A program made the translations under genes and the position numbers. Shown piece by piece: positions 14,430 through 25,215 of a DNA stretch of 32,102 nucleotides. Position 1 is the stretch's first letter, and the number at the start of each line of letters is the position of its first letter. The notes under the pieces were generated by a model. It was not told where the DNA came from and made no database searches. It was given only the letters and a program-made list of their open reading frames with translations. The DNA is from a virus (lineage: Duplodnaviria > Caudoviricetes): the IMG/VR virus record IMGVR_UViG_3300011337_000412, positions 1 through 32,102 of that record; one strand, written 5' to 3'.

Positions 14430-17310
14430 TAAATGTAACTCCACCGTCATAACTTCTGACAATAGTAATGCCTGTTGTAGCGTGGGAATATACTAAATAA
14501 ACTACGTCATCTCTTGTGTATGCAGCTAATCCATTAGTAGTTACATTTCCAGTTACTACAATAGAAGATGCTATAAATGTATTTCCAGCAGGGTCTATTG
14601 CTATTCTTCTAATAGAACCTCCACTATCAGTAGTACGGAAAAAATGAAACTCTACACCATTTCTATACAATGCTACTGCTGGTTGTGTTCCAATGCCTAA
14701 TGTTGTTGCCAATGTTGCTACTCCTGTTTCAAGATTATTTAAGATATATTTATTTATATTTCCTGCGCTGTCTTGCACATCTAATATAAGATTATTTGTA
14801 TTACTAAATCTTTGCCATTTTACTGCTGCTCCAACTGCTCCTGTAATATTAGTAGTTAAGATAGTATAAGTGGAGAAATCAGGAGTTATATTTAGCTGAA
14901 GTTTTATAACACCAGCATCTTGATAAGCAATAACGTGTTGATACATATCGCTATGGTCTGCTGATAAAACAGCATTAACTACAACAGGATTTATGAATGC
15001 TCTTCTATACTTTTTAGAAGCATAAAGAGGTGTAATGTTAGATGTTAAAGTAAGGTAATCTACTCTATGGTTTTTGAATGAAAGACCCATAGGAGTACCT
15101 GTCTTATAAGTGCCATTTAAGGCTGAAATACCGCTTCCTCTATTAGCAAGAGTAGATGACAGCTTTAGGTCAACATTACCAGCAAATAAGGGTGTTTTTG
15201 TGCCATCTACTAATAATCCAAATGCTGGTCCTCTCAATATAGAAACTGATGGTAATGTAATCAATGGAAATGATGTTTCTTTGTAAACACCAAAAGGGTC
15301 TCCATAATCAGGTATTAGTTCATTTGTTAAAAACTCATCAAAATAAGTTTGAGCAAGAACTTGACAATCTGCTTCTCCTTGATTTTGATAAACATTTAAA
15401 TAATCTTTTTGTATTGTTCCACCGCCAGTATCTGCTTTATAAGTAATGCCACCTAACCAAAGAGCATAACCTGTTGCAGAGTTAGCATAAGATAATCTAT
15501 TAACCCCAGCAGCCGTAGAAGGAGAAGCAGTCCAACCTTTATGATTACCTTGTACTCTTGTAGTAAAGTTTGTTATTGTATTATTAGTTGCTACACCTGA
15601 TACTTTTAGAACATCAAACTCTTCCTCGTGTCTTCCTGATGTATTTTGACACCATAATCTTCTACCAAAATATGTAGTTCCAGCTGTAGCATCAGTTTCT
15701 ACCTTTATATAATATTCAGGAGCAAAAGCAAAATCAGATTGAGAAGTAGTAGCATCAGCAACCACCCATACCCTACCCAAAGTAATGTTAGCATTAGCGA
15801 TAGCAAGTTGAGATATCCGTGTAACTCCATACCAATCAAGATTAGTCCTCTCTTGTAATGGATTTGAGCCAGATGGAGACAATCTTGGATAAGGGTCATC
15901 TTGGTCATCTATGCTCAATGATTTATTTTTAGGTATCAGTAAATCAAATCTTTTTATCTCATATGCTGCTGATGATGTGCTAAAAGTATATGATTTTGTG
16001 TCAGAACCAGGTTGACAAGTTAAAGATAATGTATCTGATTGTAAAGTACCAGTATTACTTTTTACTTCTATTTCAAGATATCTATAACTATTAAAGTTTT
16101 CTGTAGGGCTAAATGTTCTTGTATTTGTAGTTCCACCAGCAGTTATTTGTGTGGAGTTAGCAAGTTCCATAAAAGCGCCAGGAAAGTTCCAACCTCTAAA
16201 TGGCAATCTGGTGTATTTAGGGTCATCTCCATTAGTTGTAAGAGATGAACCAATAATAGCGGTCTTTATAGCATTAGGAAGTGTAAAGACAGGTCCAGTA
16301 TTAACTATTTGTGCTGATGCTCCAGGATAGGCTAAAAGATTACTGCTAATACTATAATCAAAATAAGTATCGCTTTCATCGTAACTACCTGTTCTAACAA
16401 TATCTCTATAACCTAAACCAGCATTATCTACACCAGTTAATCTAATAGTTAATGGATTTGGATAAGATACATCATAAGCATTGATTTTACCAAGAAACTT
16501 CATTCTTCTTTCTAATGCTGTATGTGCTGTCATTGTAATAGTTGACTGCTGTGGGTCTCCAAAAGCATCATCAGTGCCAAGTATCTTAAACTCTGCTGAT
16601 GTTCCAGTTTGAGTAGCATAAAAGTTTGAAGAAATAAAGTTTAAATGGCTATAACTTGGAACTGATACAAGATTAGTAGTCATAGCAGAAAGATTTAAAA
16701 TACTTAAACCAGAAGCAGCACCAGCCTTATAAAAACTACCAACAATAGTATCAAATCTATAATCTGTGCCAAGAGAAGTAGCAACAACAGAAGTTGCTGT
16801 AACTGTTGTACCACTGATAGTTACTTGACAAAGAGCAGTACCACCAACAGTACTTCTTTCATATTGTTTGTAAGTTGTGTAGAGAGGATAATCTAATACT
16901 GCTGTTGCTGTTTCATTGACATCATATTTTATATCTGATGGTACTTCAAAATGAAAACTACCACTCATAGTACCAGTTACATTAGCATAAGATGCAGCAG
17001 GAATACCAGTTTGACTATTTAGTAGAATGTCAGAAGTAGTAGATGCTCCGTGTCCATTGGTAACAGTTACACGAGCATATAAAAACCAAGACCAAGGTAA
17101 ACCAATGCCAGCAGTAGTTTTAACAATCAAACTTCTTATTCTTGCTGAACAACCATAATGACCACCAACAGTAAAATCAAAGTTGGAAGTTTGCATATAA
17201 GTGCCAGGAGGAATAACAGCATTAGGATGGCCTTCTTTTTGATTAAATCCTATGAAAGAAAATAAAGCATCCTGTCTGCTTGTTCTTGATAAATCAGTAA
17301 ATGTTGGCAT
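14425..17310 (-). CDS. Large tail-tip or receptor-binding structural protein
   Basis: 961 aa, T/S/G-rich beta character, downstream of the tape measure gene. Confidence 0.65.
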   Translation of the reverse strand: MPTFTDLSRTSRQDALFSFIGFNQKEGHPNAVIPPGTYMQTSNFDFTVGGHYGCSARIRSLIVKTTAGIGLPWSWFLYARVTVTNGHGASTTSDILLNSQTGIPAASYANVTGTMSGSFHFEVPSDIKYDVNETATAVLDYPLYTTYKQYERSTVGGTALCQVTISGTTVTATSVVATSLGTDYRFDTIVGSFYKAGAASGLSILNLSAMTTNLVSVPSYSHLNFISSNFYATQTGTSAEFKILGTDDAFGDPQQSTITMTAHTALERRMKFLGKINAYDVSYPNPLTIRLTGVDNAGLGYRDIVRTGSYDESDTYFDYSISSNLLAYPGASAQIVNTGPVFTLPNAIKTAIIGSSLTTNGDDPKYTRLPFRGWNFPGAFMELANSTQITAGGTTNTRTFSPTENFNSYRYLEIEVKSNTGTLQSDTLSLTCQPGSDTKSYTFSTSSAAYEIKRFDLLIPKNKSLSIDDQDDPYPRLSPSGSNPLQERTNLDWYGVTRISQLAIANANITLGRVWVVADATTSQSDFAFAPEYYIKVETDATAGTTYFGRRLWCQNTSGRHEEEFDVLKVSGVATNNTITNFTTRVQGNHKGWTASPSTAAGVNRLSYANSATGYALWLGGITYKADTGGGTIQKDYLNVYQNQGEADCQVLAQTYFDEFLTNELIPDYGDPFGVYKETSFPLITLPSVSILRGPAFGLLVDGTKTPLFAGNVDLKLSSTLANRGSGISALNGTYKTGTPMGLSFKNHRVDYLTLTSNITPLYASKKYRRAFINPVVVNAVLSADHSDMYQHVIAYQDAGVIKLQLNITPDFSTYTILTTNITGAVGAAVKWQRFSNTNNLILDVQDSAGNINKYILNNLETGVATLATTLGIGTQPAVALYRNGVEFHFFRTTDSGGSIRRIAIDPAGNTFIASSIVVTGNVTTNGLAAYTRDDVVYLVYSHATTGITIVRSYDGGVTFS

Positions 17311-20300
17311 TATAGTGTGTCAAAAACCTTAAAATACAATGGAACAGTTAAACTTTTTCCAGTTCCATAAGAGTTAGTAACTGTCAAACTTACATTAGCA
17401 ACTGATTTAGTTTGTGCTGGAGATGGTGTCCAATCAAATATAATATTTTGAGTAGAACCATCAAATGTTGAACTTGATACTGTCATACCACTTGGAACAC
17501 CAGATGTTGTAAATGTAAGAGCATTTGCACTTGTAATAAATCTTAAGATAGTTTTTGATGCAACATTTTTTTGTACATTGACTACATTGCTATAAAGCAA
17601 GTTTACTTTATCATCTTCATAAATATTTGCTTTATTAGTATAGTTTACTTTGACTGCTTTATAGGTTGCTTGTGTAACATTTATTTGGTCAGGCTTTTGT
17701 AAAACACCAAGAACATAAACAGGAATGTTAGCTTTGACAAACTCAACTTTATAACTTAAGATTTTATAATATCCAGTTGAAGTTCCTGTTGTATCAAATA
17801 TTTCAACATCTTGGTCGCAATCTAAAAATGCATATTGGTCGCAAAGTATATAAGGATTTCTTGTGTAATATTGAGATGATGTTACAGCATAAAGAGCATT
17901 TGTTGTTAATGTTAAAGAAGTATTCGATGCTATTGTTGCTACTGTTCCAATAAGATAACCATCAGGAGAATATAACTTATCTCCTATAGCAAGTTGAGAT
18001 AAGAATAATGTTCCTACACCACCAATACCATTACTATAAGTAAAACTATCAATAGTGCCATTTTTTGCTGGTAAAGGTTCCGCATTTGGATATTTTGTAA
18101 AGTTATTATAATAAGTTAAATAATCAGAAGTAAACTCTACTATTTCTCTTCCGGTTGTTATTTTATCAAAGAAACTTTGTGCAGAACTTTCAACAATATT
18201 TTGTGTAGTCAATCTATCATTTTGATAACAAAATGATTTTACTAAACCAAGCCAGTTATTAGGTCTGTTAGTAATGAAAGGATTTTGAGAGTTTACATCA
18301 TCTATTATTGCTGTTAATCTATCATTATTTGTTTTATCAGTGCCAATAACAATAACTTGATTTGCTTCTGGTTGTTCATAAGTCTTTTTTAAGTTTCTTA
18401 TTGTTCTTTTATAAGCTTTTGATAATGCGATAGAACCAAAAGTATTAGCATTTGTTTCTGATAAATATAATGGAACACTAAATGTATTATTATATGGTTG
18501 AGTTGTATTTCTATTTGTTAACCATACTGTACCTGCATTCAAAAATCTATTATAATCTGTATTATAAAACCAGCCGTATGTATATTTATAGGCAATATTT
18601 TGAGTAAGTTCTGAACGTAGTTTTTCAATAAAAGAACCTACACTATCGGAAATATTAGCAGTCCAGTTATATTGACCATTAGAGTTATTTCTATTAAAAC
18701 CTAAATCATAACCAAGTAATGATTGGTCTTGTAAAACAAAAGTTGGTTTTACTGCTAAACCACCATAGTTGCCTAAAACAATAAAAGCATTTTGTAATGA
18801 TAATCCATCTAATGAAGGTGCTTTTGTAAAATAAACTTCATTTAATGCTTGTTTTCTATCATAACCTTCAAAAGTTAATAATGAATATTTATCATAGTTA
18901 GGCCCTTGAATGTACTCTATTTCAGGATTTTTGAGAAAACCTTCAAATATAAGTATTTCATCATAGTTTAAATCTCTTGGTTTAAGAGTAATCTTTACAG
19001 GTCTATTTGATAACCTATCAGGATTTGTCATTCCTAAATCAATAAGATTTTGTTTTCTCGCACTAAATGTACAACCATTTTCTCCTTCTTCTGTTTTTTC
19101 AATAAGTAAACTTTCAACAACAGATGTAATATCTATTTGTGTAGTTTTAGTTTTTTGATTTTCATAAAAAATAATAACGTCAACAGAATAAAAAGTAAAT
19201 GAACTATCATTATTTTTAAGAGGATTAGTTGGAGCTATTGTGCTTTGGCTTGTTGCTTGTATTACAAAATATGAACTACTTGATAAACTTTGTCCTGTTC
19301 CATTTCCTAAAATAGTAAGACTTGGTGGCAATATATCAGATATTTGTGTAGTATTAGCAGGACCTAAAACTTCTACTTGATTATTTTGAAAAACACTATT
19401 AATAACAGGTAAGTTAGTCCAATATGCTGAAGTACTACAATCTGTCATACTATTATAATATAAAGTCATTGAAGTATTTGAAGATATACTTTGTACTTTA
19501 CCTAAATAATAATCATTTGGGTCGTAAATATCATCATTTACAGCAACTTCAGTAGTAAATAATGTTCCGACACCAGTTATAATATTTGATGATGTTGATG
19601 CAGTTATAGTGCCAGTTTTTTTCTTCATCAAAGTAAATGAAGATGCTTGTTTAAACTTTCCACTTCCAGTTAGTGTTAATGATGTAGTAGAAGCAACAGA
19701 AAAGATAGTTCCTATTTCAAGTGGACCAAAACCATCTGACTCAAGACTAAATAATCTTCCACCAACCCAAGATGTTAAAAAACCAGTTCCTACACCAGTT
19801 ACAGTATTTGAATAAGTTGATGAAGATATAGTTCCTACTTCAGCAGTTACAGTTCTATAACCAAAGTTTGAAAAACCTTGAGCAGCAACTTCATTATAAA
19901 TATTTTTACTTTTGATAGTCCAGTTTGAAAGAAAACAAAGTTTAGCAAGCTGAAATGCTACTTTACCATTAGGAATAACAATACTAAAAGCTCCTGTAGG
20001 TAATATTTCTGGAACCATAAAAGCTTGACCAGGAACAGCTGTACTTCCAGCTGAATATCCACCCATATAATACAATACAGGCCCAACATCATTTGGAGAA
20101 ACTAAATCCTCAAAAGTATGAGAAAAGTTTAAACCATAGTTAGTATTGATAACAAGTTCTTTGCCTCTCATAGGCATAATATAAACATCATTGTAATCAT
20201 TATTAGGATTACCATTTCTGATGCCTACTGCTTGTTGATTGTAGTTATTTTCATTTCTACTATAAGATGCAACTTTTTGAGGCTGTTTATTATGAAATCT

Positions 20301-21023
20301 TCCAGTGTAGTTGAATGTAGGATTAAAAAATAATATTAAAGTAGTAGCATTTGTAATAGATAGAACTGTTCCAATAATCCTACCATCTTCTGTATATAAG
20401 TTATCATTAGCTGCGAGTTCTGTAGTAAATAATGTACCTGTTCCAGTTACTGTTGCTGATGAAGTACTACAAACAATAGTTCCAGTTTTTAAAATATAAC
20501 CACGGTAAATATCGCAGGAACCATCATCTTTCAAATGAAGTTGAGTATCTCTATTTACAAAACTATTTCCAGCCCAAAATAACTTTGCAGTAATATTAGT
20601 ATTACTTTCTTTTTTATTTTGTCTAATGAAAGAAAAGAATAATGGTTGATTTCTTGATACTCCACCATTTAAACTAATAGCGCCATTCATTATTGGTACA
20701 GAGTTAGATAAACAATAAAAATATGGGTCTGTAGTGCTATAGAAGTTTATATCTTTCCAGGATGATGGAGAAGTAAATGTAAAATCAGCAAAAAGAAATC
20801 TTGCATATCCTTGACCTGTAAATGTTGTTTTCCATTCAGGTGTGTTTGGAATAGGCTGTCCCATAACTGCTCTTGTAACTGGTTCAATATAACAGTTGAC
20901 AGCAGTAGATGTATCCCAAGAAGTTCCATCAACAGCATATACAAAAGGTGCTTTTACATTTCTACGGGATTGTGGATAATCAACATAAACTTTTACATCA
21001 AGTTCATCAAGATTAGATGGCAT
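17310..21023 (-). CDS. Large tail hub-like protein with four inserted repeats of about 60 aa
   Basis: 1237 aa directly after the tape measure gene. Repeat GT...TG.GT.F......D.L...G..IGT..SI...T.LTL occurs four times. Confidence 0.7.
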   Translation of the reverse strand: MPSNLDELDVKVYVDYPQSRRNVKAPFVYAVDGTSWDTSTAVNCYIEPVTRAVMGQPIPNTPEWKTTFTGQGYARFLFADFTFTSPSSWKDINFYSTTDPYFYCLSNSVPIMNGAISLNGGVSRNQPLFFSFIRQNKKESNTNITAKLFWAGNSFVNRDTQLHLKDDGSCDIYRGYILKTGTIVCSTSSATVTGTGTLFTTELAANDNLYTEDGRIIGTVLSITNATTLILFFNPTFNYTGRFHNKQPQKVASYSRNENNYNQQAVGIRNGNPNNDYNDVYIMPMRGKELVINTNYGLNFSHTFEDLVSPNDVGPVLYYMGGYSAGSTAVPGQAFMVPEILPTGAFSIVIPNGKVAFQLAKLCFLSNWTIKSKNIYNEVAAQGFSNFGYRTVTAEVGTISSSTYSNTVTGVGTGFLTSWVGGRLFSLESDGFGPLEIGTIFSVASTTSLTLTGSGKFKQASSFTLMKKKTGTITASTSSNIITGVGTLFTTEVAVNDDIYDPNDYYLGKVQSISSNTSMTLYYNSMTDCSTSAYWTNLPVINSVFQNNQVEVLGPANTTQISDILPPSLTILGNGTGQSLSSSSYFVIQATSQSTIAPTNPLKNNDSSFTFYSVDVIIFYENQKTKTTQIDITSVVESLLIEKTEEGENGCTFSARKQNLIDLGMTNPDRLSNRPVKITLKPRDLNYDEILIFEGFLKNPEIEYIQGPNYDKYSLLTFEGYDRKQALNEVYFTKAPSLDGLSLQNAFIVLGNYGGLAVKPTFVLQDQSLLGYDLGFNRNNSNGQYNWTANISDSVGSFIEKLRSELTQNIAYKYTYGWFYNTDYNRFLNAGTVWLTNRNTTQPYNNTFSVPLYLSETNANTFGSIALSKAYKRTIRNLKKTYEQPEANQVIVIGTDKTNNDRLTAIIDDVNSQNPFITNRPNNWLGLVKSFCYQNDRLTTQNIVESSAQSFFDKITTGREIVEFTSDYLTYYNNFTKYPNAEPLPAKNGTIDSFTYSNGIGGVGTLFLSQLAIGDKLYSPDGYLIGTVATIASNTSLTLTTNALYAVTSSQYYTRNPYILCDQYAFLDCDQDVEIFDTTGTSTGYYKILSYKVEFVKANIPVYVLGVLQKPDQINVTQATYKAVKVNYTNKANIYEDDKVNLLYSNVVNVQKNVASKTILRFITSANALTFTTSGVPSGMTVSSSTFDGSTQNIIFDWTPSPAQTKSVANVSLTVTNSYGTGKSLTVPLYFKVFDTL

Positions 21024-22585
21024 TATGCTCTCCTCGGATTAATATTTAAACTATTGGTAACTTGGTGTCCTTTGATAAGTTTTATAACACCTCTTGAAAT
21101 ATCATTAGAAGCACTGATTTGAGGACTGCCAACTCTTCCATATCCTCTCATTTCAGTATTAGAAATGCCTTGTGCTGCTAACATACCACCACCATATGTA
21201 AGATTTCTCAATGTTGCTTCTGATGTTTGTTTAGTATGGTTTTCAATCATATTAAGTGCTTTTAGTTGCTTTTCTTGTATTGCTTTAGCTTCTTTTTGTT
21301 TACTACCAGCACCGCCACTTTCATCTCTTCCAGAACCAGTAGTAGCATTAGCATTTAACATTGTATCATCAGGAATAAATGTAGTTTTTTTACCAAAAGC
21401 TTGCCCTATTTTATATGCATTATCATTAGCAGTTTCTCCAATAACACCTTGAAGAATATTTAGTTGTCTCATTTGACCAGATAAATCTAATGTAGCAGGA
21501 GTAAGTTTTATATTACGAAGTTCATCTAACTTTTCAAAATCCCAATCAAGAAAAGCACCAATCTTTTGCATTATAAGGTCAACTTCTAAAAACTTTTTAC
21601 CAATATAATCAAAGACCTTACCAATCATAGTTCCAAATATTTGTGCGTGTGCTGGAATAGATTGAAAATATGCCAAAATAGTACCTACTACTTTTGCAAT
21701 CATAGTTTGAACACTTTTATTATCAATACCTTTTGATAAGTTGTTCATCATTCCTGTGCCAATAGCTAAAAATCCCTTTACAGTATCAGCAATAACACCA
21801 GATTTAATAACTGCCCCTAATGTTTTATTTAGGGCATCAATAAGAGGACCAGCAAAAGATATAAGTTCTTTACCTATTTGTTCTTTTAAACGAGTAAAGA
21901 AATCAGTAAGAGTTGCTAATCTTGCTTCAAATGTTTTACCAACTTTTTCAGTAAGACCAGATGTCATTCTATCTATTTCATTCATAACTGCTTGTATAGC
22001 TGGTCTAATACCACCAACAAGCTTTCCTTGGTCAAACTTTAATCCAGCTTTTACTAAAATATCTGAAAAGCCTAATGATTGTAATAGTTCTTGGTCTGGT
22101 TTAACGCCTGCTCTCAATAAGTTTAGAAGTCTTACCATTCCTTGTAGTTTTTCAGAACCACCACCAATAGCATCAGCCCATTTAGCTAATCTTGGAACAG
22201 CAGCATTAACATTAAACCCTGCTTGATGAAGTTGAAGGGTCATTTCTTTTAGTTGAGCAGTTGTAAGAGTAGATGTTTCTGCTACACTATAAAGCATTTG
22301 ATTTGTTTTACCAACATCTAATCCAAATGCTGCAAAACGAGCATTAGTAGTTTCTGCTTCCATACCAGCTTGAAATAAAGATTTAGCAAGGTCAAAAGCA
22401 CCACCAGCCATTTTCATCAAAGTATCGCCAATAATATTACCAGTAGCAATAGACATAATGGAAGAAACCATAGAGTTAGCAGATTTACCTGTTTCCTCCA
22501 TCGTTTTTCCAACTTCTTTAATATCAGATTTAAGTTTTTCAGCACCAACAGTACCAAACTTAATAATGAGTTCAGCAAATGTCAT
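21023..22585 (-). CDS. Tail tape measure protein
   Basis: 520 aa, helical and A/G/K-rich, starts MTFAELIIKFG, follows the chaperone genes. Confidence 0.88.
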   Translation of the reverse strand: MTFAELIIKFGTVGAEKLKSDIKEVGKTMEETGKSANSMVSSIMSIATGNIIGDTLMKMAGGAFDLAKSLFQAGMEAETTNARFAAFGLDVGKTNQMLYSVAETSTLTTAQLKEMTLQLHQAGFNVNAAVPRLAKWADAIGGGSEKLQGMVRLLNLLRAGVKPDQELLQSLGFSDILVKAGLKFDQGKLVGGIRPAIQAVMNEIDRMTSGLTEKVGKTFEARLATLTDFFTRLKEQIGKELISFAGPLIDALNKTLGAVIKSGVIADTVKGFLAIGTGMMNNLSKGIDNKSVQTMIAKVVGTILAYFQSIPAHAQIFGTMIGKVFDYIGKKFLEVDLIMQKIGAFLDWDFEKLDELRNIKLTPATLDLSGQMRQLNILQGVIGETANDNAYKIGQAFGKKTTFIPDDTMLNANATTGSGRDESGGAGSKQKEAKAIQEKQLKALNMIENHTKQTSEATLRNLTYGGGMLAAQGISNTEMRGYGRVGSPQISASNDISRGVIKLIKGHQVTNSLNINPRRA

Positions 22586-22773
22586 ATTCTACTTCCTAAT
22601 AATGCGTTAAGAATGGCAGAGGCGTTATCAGCCTCTGCCCTATCTATTTCCCGACCTATCATTGCTATTTCTGCTATTTGGTCAAGAGTTAAATCAACTT
22701 CTATCGGATGTCTTTTCAAGTATTTAACGCAATAATATAATACTTGTTGGGAACATCCGATTAGTCGTTTTTT
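22582..22773 (-). CDS. Tail assembly chaperone GT extension, made by -1 frameshift
   Basis: Slippery A AAA AAC at 22767-22773. The -1 frame reads RLIGCSQQVLYYCVKYLKRHPIEVDLTLDQIAEIAMIGREIDRAEADNASAILNALLGSRI and stops at a TGA overlapping the tape measure ATG. Confidence 0.8.
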   Translation of the reverse strand, partial: KKRLIGCSQQVLYYCVKYLKRHPIEVDLTLDQIAEIAMIGREIDRAEADNASAILNALLGSRI

Positions 22774-23141
22774 GCTTCTTGTACCTTTTTGTCAATATTA
22801 TTAGAAGGAAAAGCGTTAAGGAACTCTGTTAGAATATGATAAAAACATTCTTTATTATCTCTACCAAGTTGTGCAAAATCGTGTATTGGGTTTGTTTCAT
22901 TAGGGTCATTATCCTGATGAACATAACATTTACCCAAAAGAGCAATCTGATATAACATTGCATCAGGATACTCTGGATACTTGATTTTAAGATTATGAAT
23001 AAAACCAGCATCAGGAAACAAGGCTGCGCTTGTTGGTTCTGATAGTTCTACAAAACAATCTTCTCCCGCAAAAGATGATAAATCAATCTTTACAGCAGGA
23101 CGTACTTCTAACTTTTTTACTTTTGATAATCCACTAATCAT
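22761..23141 (-). CDS. Tail assembly chaperone G
   Basis: Lies between tail tube and tape measure genes and ends EAKND over the slippery site. Confidence 0.8.
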   Translation of the reverse strand: MISGLSKVKKLEVRPAVKIDLSSFAGEDCFVELSEPTSAALFPDAGFIHNLKIKYPEYPDAMLYQIALLGKCYVHQDNDPNETNPIHDFAQLGRDNKECFYHILTEFLNAFPSNNIDKKVQEAKND

Positions 23142-23153
23142 ATATTTTCCTTA

Positions 23154-23600
23154 TTACGCAGAGATAGAAGTCAAACCAAATGCTCCGAGTTTAATAGTTG
23201 CACTTTCCATTTCAACATTGTTTGGGTCTAATGAAATAGATTGGTCTGTAACTAATCCAGCATATGTAAATGTACCACCAGTAGTTGTGGTAAGGTCTAC
23301 TAAAATCTTACATAAGAAACCAACTTTGTCCCTAAAAATAGGACCATCAACTTTATCAACATAAAGTTCAATATCTACTGTTCCACTCTTTCTTGTTTCA
23401 AAAACAGCGTCAATATTTGAACATAAAGTTGACAAATCAATAGTTTGACTACCGATAGATGCTTTAAAACTTTTAGCATAACAGGTATAACTTACAGTTG
23501 GTGCAGCTGGTACTGCTGTAGCACCACCAGTTGCTTGAGAGACAGTACCAAAACTGATTTTGACTGTTGCTCCATTTACTAAAACAGGCGTATTAGGCAT
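23154..23600 (-). CDS. Major tail tube protein
   Basis: 148 aa beta-rich (IDLSTLCS, SGTVDIE, FTYAGLVT), position, RBS GAGGA. Confidence 0.8.
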   Translation of the reverse strand: MPNTPVLVNGATVKISFGTVSQATGGATAVPAAPTVSYTCYAKSFKASIGSQTIDLSTLCSNIDAVFETRKSGTVDIELYVDKVDGPIFRDKVGFLCKILVDLTTTTGGTFTYAGLVTDQSISLDPNNVEMESATIKLGAFGLTSISA

Positions 23601-23615
23601 TTTTTATAATCCTCT

Positions 23616-24098
23616 TTATTTAATAACTACAAAACGAAATAACATTGATAGGCCAAAATCAACTCTACCATCTTGTTGTACTACTACAGGCATTTCAGTA
23701 TCATATCTTTGACATTGAAACAACACACCATTTACAGTGGCAGTAGTATTACCCAATAAAGTATCAACTCTCTCGGCAATAGATTTTAGCGTATTGAATG
23801 AAACAGCTCCAGAAGAAGAGTGCCAAACAGTTATTCTGTACAATGGATGAGATAAATAAGTATCCCCACATAAGACTGCATCATCTACACTTTCAGAACC
23901 ATTACGAGCAAAAACAACATATGGAGTTTGAGGTGTAACTCCACTTACTGGGTCTCTTTCAGGTGCTAATGTTGAATAAACTCCAATCTGATAGTTTTTA
24001 ACAGCACTATTAACTTTTGCCAGTTCTGTTTGTAAAGTATTATCTACTTTTAATGTACTGTAAATATATTGTTCTATTGCGAGTGGTTCAAAAGCCAT
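23616..24098 (-). CDS. Tail terminator / completion protein (DUF3168-like)
   Basis: IYSTLK.D, PYVVF, ITVW and IAERVDTLL patterns. Position. Confidence 0.82.
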   Translation of the reverse strand: MAFEPLAIEQYIYSTLKVDNTLQTELAKVNSAVKNYQIGVYSTLAPERDPVSGVTPQTPYVVFARNGSESVDDAVLCGDTYLSHPLYRITVWHSSSGAVSFNTLKSIAERVDTLLGNTTATVNGVLFQCQRYDTEMPVVVQQDGRVDFGLSMLFRFVVIK

Positions 24099-24502
24099 TA
24101 TTTTTTACCTCTATTTATTGCTTTTATTGTCTTCATCAGTTTCTTTTTAGCATTTTGTAAAGCAGGAGTAATAAATGGTCTTGCTGCCATTCTTGATGTT
24201 CCAACTTCAAGAGCTAAAGCATATTCAGAGTTAATAGATACCTCGTGTTGAGAAGCAGATTTCTTTTTATATCTAATACTACCAACAAGTTTTCCACTAT
24301 CTGTTGCTGGTGCTTGTCCAGGAGCAGAAGCAGTATGAGATATATTTCCTCTTTGATAAGTAATACCAGATTTAGAACCAGTTTCTATCTCATTCTTAAT
24401 CTCTGTTTCAAACTCTGTTGCTGCTTTTCCTAATAATAAATGAACCTTATCAATGAGTAAAGCATCGATATTATTATTTATTTTAGTACTTACTGTTATC
24501 AT
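24098..24502 (-). CDS. HK97 gp10-family neck / tail-completion protein
   Basis: ASAPGQAPATDSGKL and YALALEVGTSRMAARPFITPA motifs. Confidence 0.92.
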   Translation of the reverse strand: MITVSTKINNNIDALLIDKVHLLLGKAATEFETEIKNEIETGSKSGITYQRGNISHTASAPGQAPATDSGKLVGSIRYKKKSASQHEVSINSEYALALEVGTSRMAARPFITPALQNAKKKLMKTIKAINRGKK

Positions 24503-25215
24503 TATAAGCTCTTAACTAATAACTGCAATGGTCCAAAAGATACAATGTCAGATACACCAGTAGTTCTTACAGCATAAATATTGTAAGTACCAGCGTTAGC
24601 AGTAACTGTAGCATCTAACTGGAATGATGCTTCTCCATTAGCATTATATTGAATAGTTGGACTATATGTAGCTACTAATGTGTTAGATATATCATAAACT
24701 TTAATAGATACTAATGAAACACCTACAGGAACAGGAGCATTATTAGCATCTACCATTTGAACATTAACATCTAATACAGAACCCTTATAAACATCAAGTT
24801 TTGCATCAAGATTACTTTGGTCTGAAACAAGTTGATAAGGAGCAGTAGAAATATGGTTTTCAACAACATTACCCAACTGGAACATAAAAAATGCTGAACT
24901 TGATGCTGAATAACCGTGGAAAGAAATAACAACTTGGTCTTTTCCAGCAACGAGAGCAGCATCTGGAATATCAAACCTATATAAACCAGGAGTATTAGTA
25001 GCATCTATTTCCTTAAAACCACCACTAACATATGCTCCTGTTACTGTTTGGTTAGCAAGAGTAATAGCTACTGGTGCTTCTCCTGGTCTAACATATCTAA
25101 CAACTAAACCAGCAGTGTTAAATGCTAATCCTGTTGCTGGGTTATTGTTATTTGCTCTTATTTCTAAAATAATACTTTCAGATGTAGAACCTGCTGGCAT
25201 ATAATGAAAATCCAT
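24502..25215 (-). CDS. Two-domain beta-sandwich structural protein, shares its C-terminal domain with 25216-27741
   Basis: N-domain with EIDATNTPGLYRFD. The C-domain aligns with that of the neighbouring gene. Confidence 0.6.
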   Translation of the reverse strand: MDFHYMPAGSTSESIILEIRANNNNPATGLAFNTAGLVVRYVRPGEAPVAITLANQTVTGAYVSGGFKEIDATNTPGLYRFDIPDAALVAGKDQVVISFHGYSASSSAFFMFQLGNVVENHISTAPYQLVSDQSNLDAKLDVYKGSVLDVNVQMVDANNAPVPVGVSLVSIKVYDISNTLVATYSPTIQYNANGEASFQLDATVTANAGTYNIYAVRTTGVSDIVSFGPLQLLVKSL

